Assembly: GCA_965153285.1 (NCBI GenBank) | Contig: OZ229115.1 | Strand: one strand, 5' to 3' | DNA: 64,000 bases | Source: Podarcis tiliguerta | Lineage: Eukaryota | Part shown: positions 61,339 through 64,000 of the stretch, piece by piece | Layout: each line of letters opens with the position of its first letter | How positions within the stretch are numbered: the stretch's first letter is position 1 | Notes under the pieces: generated by a model | Database searches by the model: none | What the model was told of the DNA's origin: nothing | The model's input: the letters and a program-made list of their open reading frames with translations, nothing else | Position numbers and translations under genes: made by a program

Positions 61339-61604
61339 TTTATTATTTGTACCCCACCCTCATGAAACTAAGACAGTACACAAAGAACATAAGAACATAA
61401 AAACAGGCAATCAATTAGTTAAAGAATAAGTGATATTTCTTAGAAACGCAAACCAGTTGGAAACCAGAAAGGGGGGGGGGAGGGATGTAATGTCCATCTG
61501 CTCTTATCCAGAAACAAGATTCATGCATAATATTATCATCTGGGTAAGGATAGAGGCACATCTCGGAAGTGGTACACAAAAGCTGGGGTCCAGGAAGCAA
61601 CATT

Positions 61605-61766
61605 TTAATGGTCTCCCTTGGGAGGTGGTGGATCCTCTTCCTTGGGAGGTTTTTAAGCAGAGGTTGGATGATCACCTGTCATGTATGATCTATCTGATAT
61701 TCCTGCATTGCAGGGGGTTGGACTAGGTGATCCTCAGGGTCCCTTCCAACTCCACGATTCTATGAT
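61605..61766 (+). mobile_element. CR1 3' tip
   Basis: NGLPWEVVDPLPWEVFKQRLDDHL followed by ggggttggactag…gattctatgat. Another short minus-strand tip lies at about 60842-60895. Confidence 0.85.
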
Positions 61767-64000
61767 CCTGTTGACCCACAGGCCAAACAAAGGCTAAGCA
61801 CACATTGTCATTTACTCTGTGCGCTCCACTGGTTTCTGATGGTGGCCACAATTCTGTAGTTTGTTGAGAAAGACTTTTGTTTGATGCGTTTCCCCTCGAA
61901 CCAGCTTCTATCCAATTTGAAAACGCAGGCTGAAGTTACACTGAAGTATGCACAGTTCAGGCAGCTGTTGCACATGTGTAGATGACAGGGGTTTGCAGTC
62001 GCAGGGAACAAAATCTTATAATGCCTACTGGATGAAGACATCTCCACCCCCTCACAAGTGTGTAGAGTAACAGCAAATGCGACTTGAAACACAGCAGGGG
62101 GGAAATGACCTTGCTGCATTTTAAGCCACTAATGTGTACGTTCCCTAATACATAAGAGGAAGTATTAAGGAATACTTAATATATTAAGTATTAATGTATT
62201 AAGAAAGCCTTCAAAACTCTGACCTCAAAGGATCCCAACTTATAGGAAACAAAAACGAGTTCCAGACCTTGACGCCTTGGTTTTCTGCATATAAGCTTTC
62301 AAACATGTTCTCACATCTATCTTGGGCCATGCCCTCTCCTAACCACCTATGAATAATACAATCAGAGAATTGTAGAGTCGGAAAGGACTCTACCACCTTG
62401 GTGCTCCCCTGATGTTGTTGGACCATCATCCTTGGCTTTTGTCCATGCTGCTTGGGGGCCAATGGGAGCTGTAGCTGAAAACCTCTGGAGGAAAAGGCTG
62501 GCACACAGCAATGCTGCTTGAGCAAAAGACGAAAACAACTTTTGAAACCTGGAGGGTTATAACTTTAGCTTCAAAGCTCTTAGAGCCAATTCCTTTCTTC
62601 AGTTATTAGTTTTTCCACAGAAGAGAAGGCAGCCACAAGGGTGTCAAATTTAGGTATACCTTCGTCGTCATCAGCAATGTATTTTTAGGAGAGAATACAG
62701 TGTGAGAAATTGCTAGTGGTTTTGGTCCCCATGTGGGAATTCCATTGCAGCTTCAGAATCTGCATTCTGTTGGTAAGCTGGAAGCAAAATGGCAGTGAGG
62801 CTCCTCCATTCCTGCTGCCATGTGATGGTGAAGCAATGGCTAACCATGCAGTTCCCATGGCACCTATGGATGAGATGGACCTTCACATCATGTTTTTTCC
62901 AGGAGAGAGGAGTTGGACCTACACTGAGCAATTTCTGCAGTTCCAGGAGAAAGTGCCCCTCTCCCTAAGCCAATATCTCAGGCCCAGAAACCACATTGAG
63001 ACAACTGCTTCCTGCTACTTGACGAAAAAACCAAGGGAGAGTAGCTAAGAGACAGAGGAAGAACCAAGAAGCTAAAAACAAAACGAAGAAAATTAGCTAA
63101 GGTAAGATGTATGCCGATGCAGAGCTAAGTAGAAATTGCTGCCAAGAATTGCCTAGTAGCCCTAGGCAGGAAGAGGCTAAGAGCAGGGGGTCCCCTCCTC
63201 CAAGTAAGTCATTTTCTACTTCTTGCCTCCAAGATCCCAGGTAAGGGACACCTCATTCCCAGAATGTCCCTCTGCCCATATCCAGGAAGTTGCAAAGAGA
63301 TTCAAGCATGTCCACACTCAAGTGTATCATCTCAAGCATGAAGACCCTTTCTTTAGACTCAGAAAACGTTCTCCTGTGCCTCCTGGAGAGACATTAGAGT
63401 GATTCCACTCAAATTACCAGTTTTAATTAAAAAGGGGTCGAAAATCAATTTCTGCTTTTAAACAAAACTGATTAGCAAGTAGGTTATTGCAATTCACAGC
63501 AGCAGAGCTTTCCCTAATTCTTTAAACGAAAGCGACTGGCGTTGGAAGGGCATTCATCTAAGCATCAAGACACCCACGGTCCTTTATATGATAACGCCCG
63601 CTTTAAACACACACTTTTCCCCACAGGAGATCAAAAAATAATGGTTTGGGCAGGGAATCCCAGTGGTTAATTTAATCCACTTCCAAGATGCATGTGTGTG
63701 TACTGGAAGACAGGGGTGTGCTGGAACAACAGCTGAGTGCATGCTGCAATTTAGGGGGGGAAATGCGAGAAATTGTATGACACTCCCAGGAAATTCAAGA
63801 CTTTGCGAAGCATTTTGTTGGCAAATGACACACAGCAGTAAATTGAATCCTCATGGCCACATTAGCTTGCAAGAGTAATGCTCATGACAGGTATCTCTGG
63901 ATAATATAACTGCAGATCTACAGTGAAGGCAAGCATCTCTGCAAAAGTGCTGCATGCTCTTTCTTTCAACTTGTTATGCAGCAGTGGGAGGAGCTGGTGG

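Noticed and set aside
61244-61429. Poly-His/poly-Asn ORF
   Set aside because: It is a translation of a (CAT)n(AAC)n microsatellite.
54168-64000. Further SSBP3 5' exons (…SAAAAPSPVLG…PPGFFQ, LUFS domain)
   Set aside because: Not found by eye; presumably beyond the window, although the gap cannot be excluded.

Overview
Vertebrate genomic DNA. The repeat content (CR1 3' ends, a tRNA-Lys/CR1-tail SINE, a BovB-type tail, hAT and Tc1/mariner MITEs, Penelope-like relics) points to a squamate, probably a lacertid lizard; this is an inference. The window holds the CYB5RL-MRPL37-SSBP3 block known from human 1p32. CYB5RL is complete on the minus strand (6 coding exons, 308 aa). MRPL37 is complete on the plus strand (7 coding exons, 434 aa) and lies head-to-head with CYB5RL across a CpG island. 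The last 13 coding exons and 3' UTR of SSBP3 are on the minus strand, convergent with MRPL37. I reconstructed all exon chains by hand with GT-AG boundaries and consistent phases. Most ORFs in the supplied track are spurious. The main unexplained signals are: (1) a frameshifted, intronless Tctex1-domain (dynein light chain) gene relic at about 843-1207 that the ORF track misses; (2) an in-frame upstream ATG of MRPL37 encoding MAAAASGR-stop, which resembles the mammalian N-terminus; (3) Penelope-like inverted-repeat relics carrying broken hammerhead-ribozyme cores; (4) a 90-bp MITE present twice. There is a 196-nt assembly gap at 55658-55853. I see no evidence of a wholly new multi-gene system.
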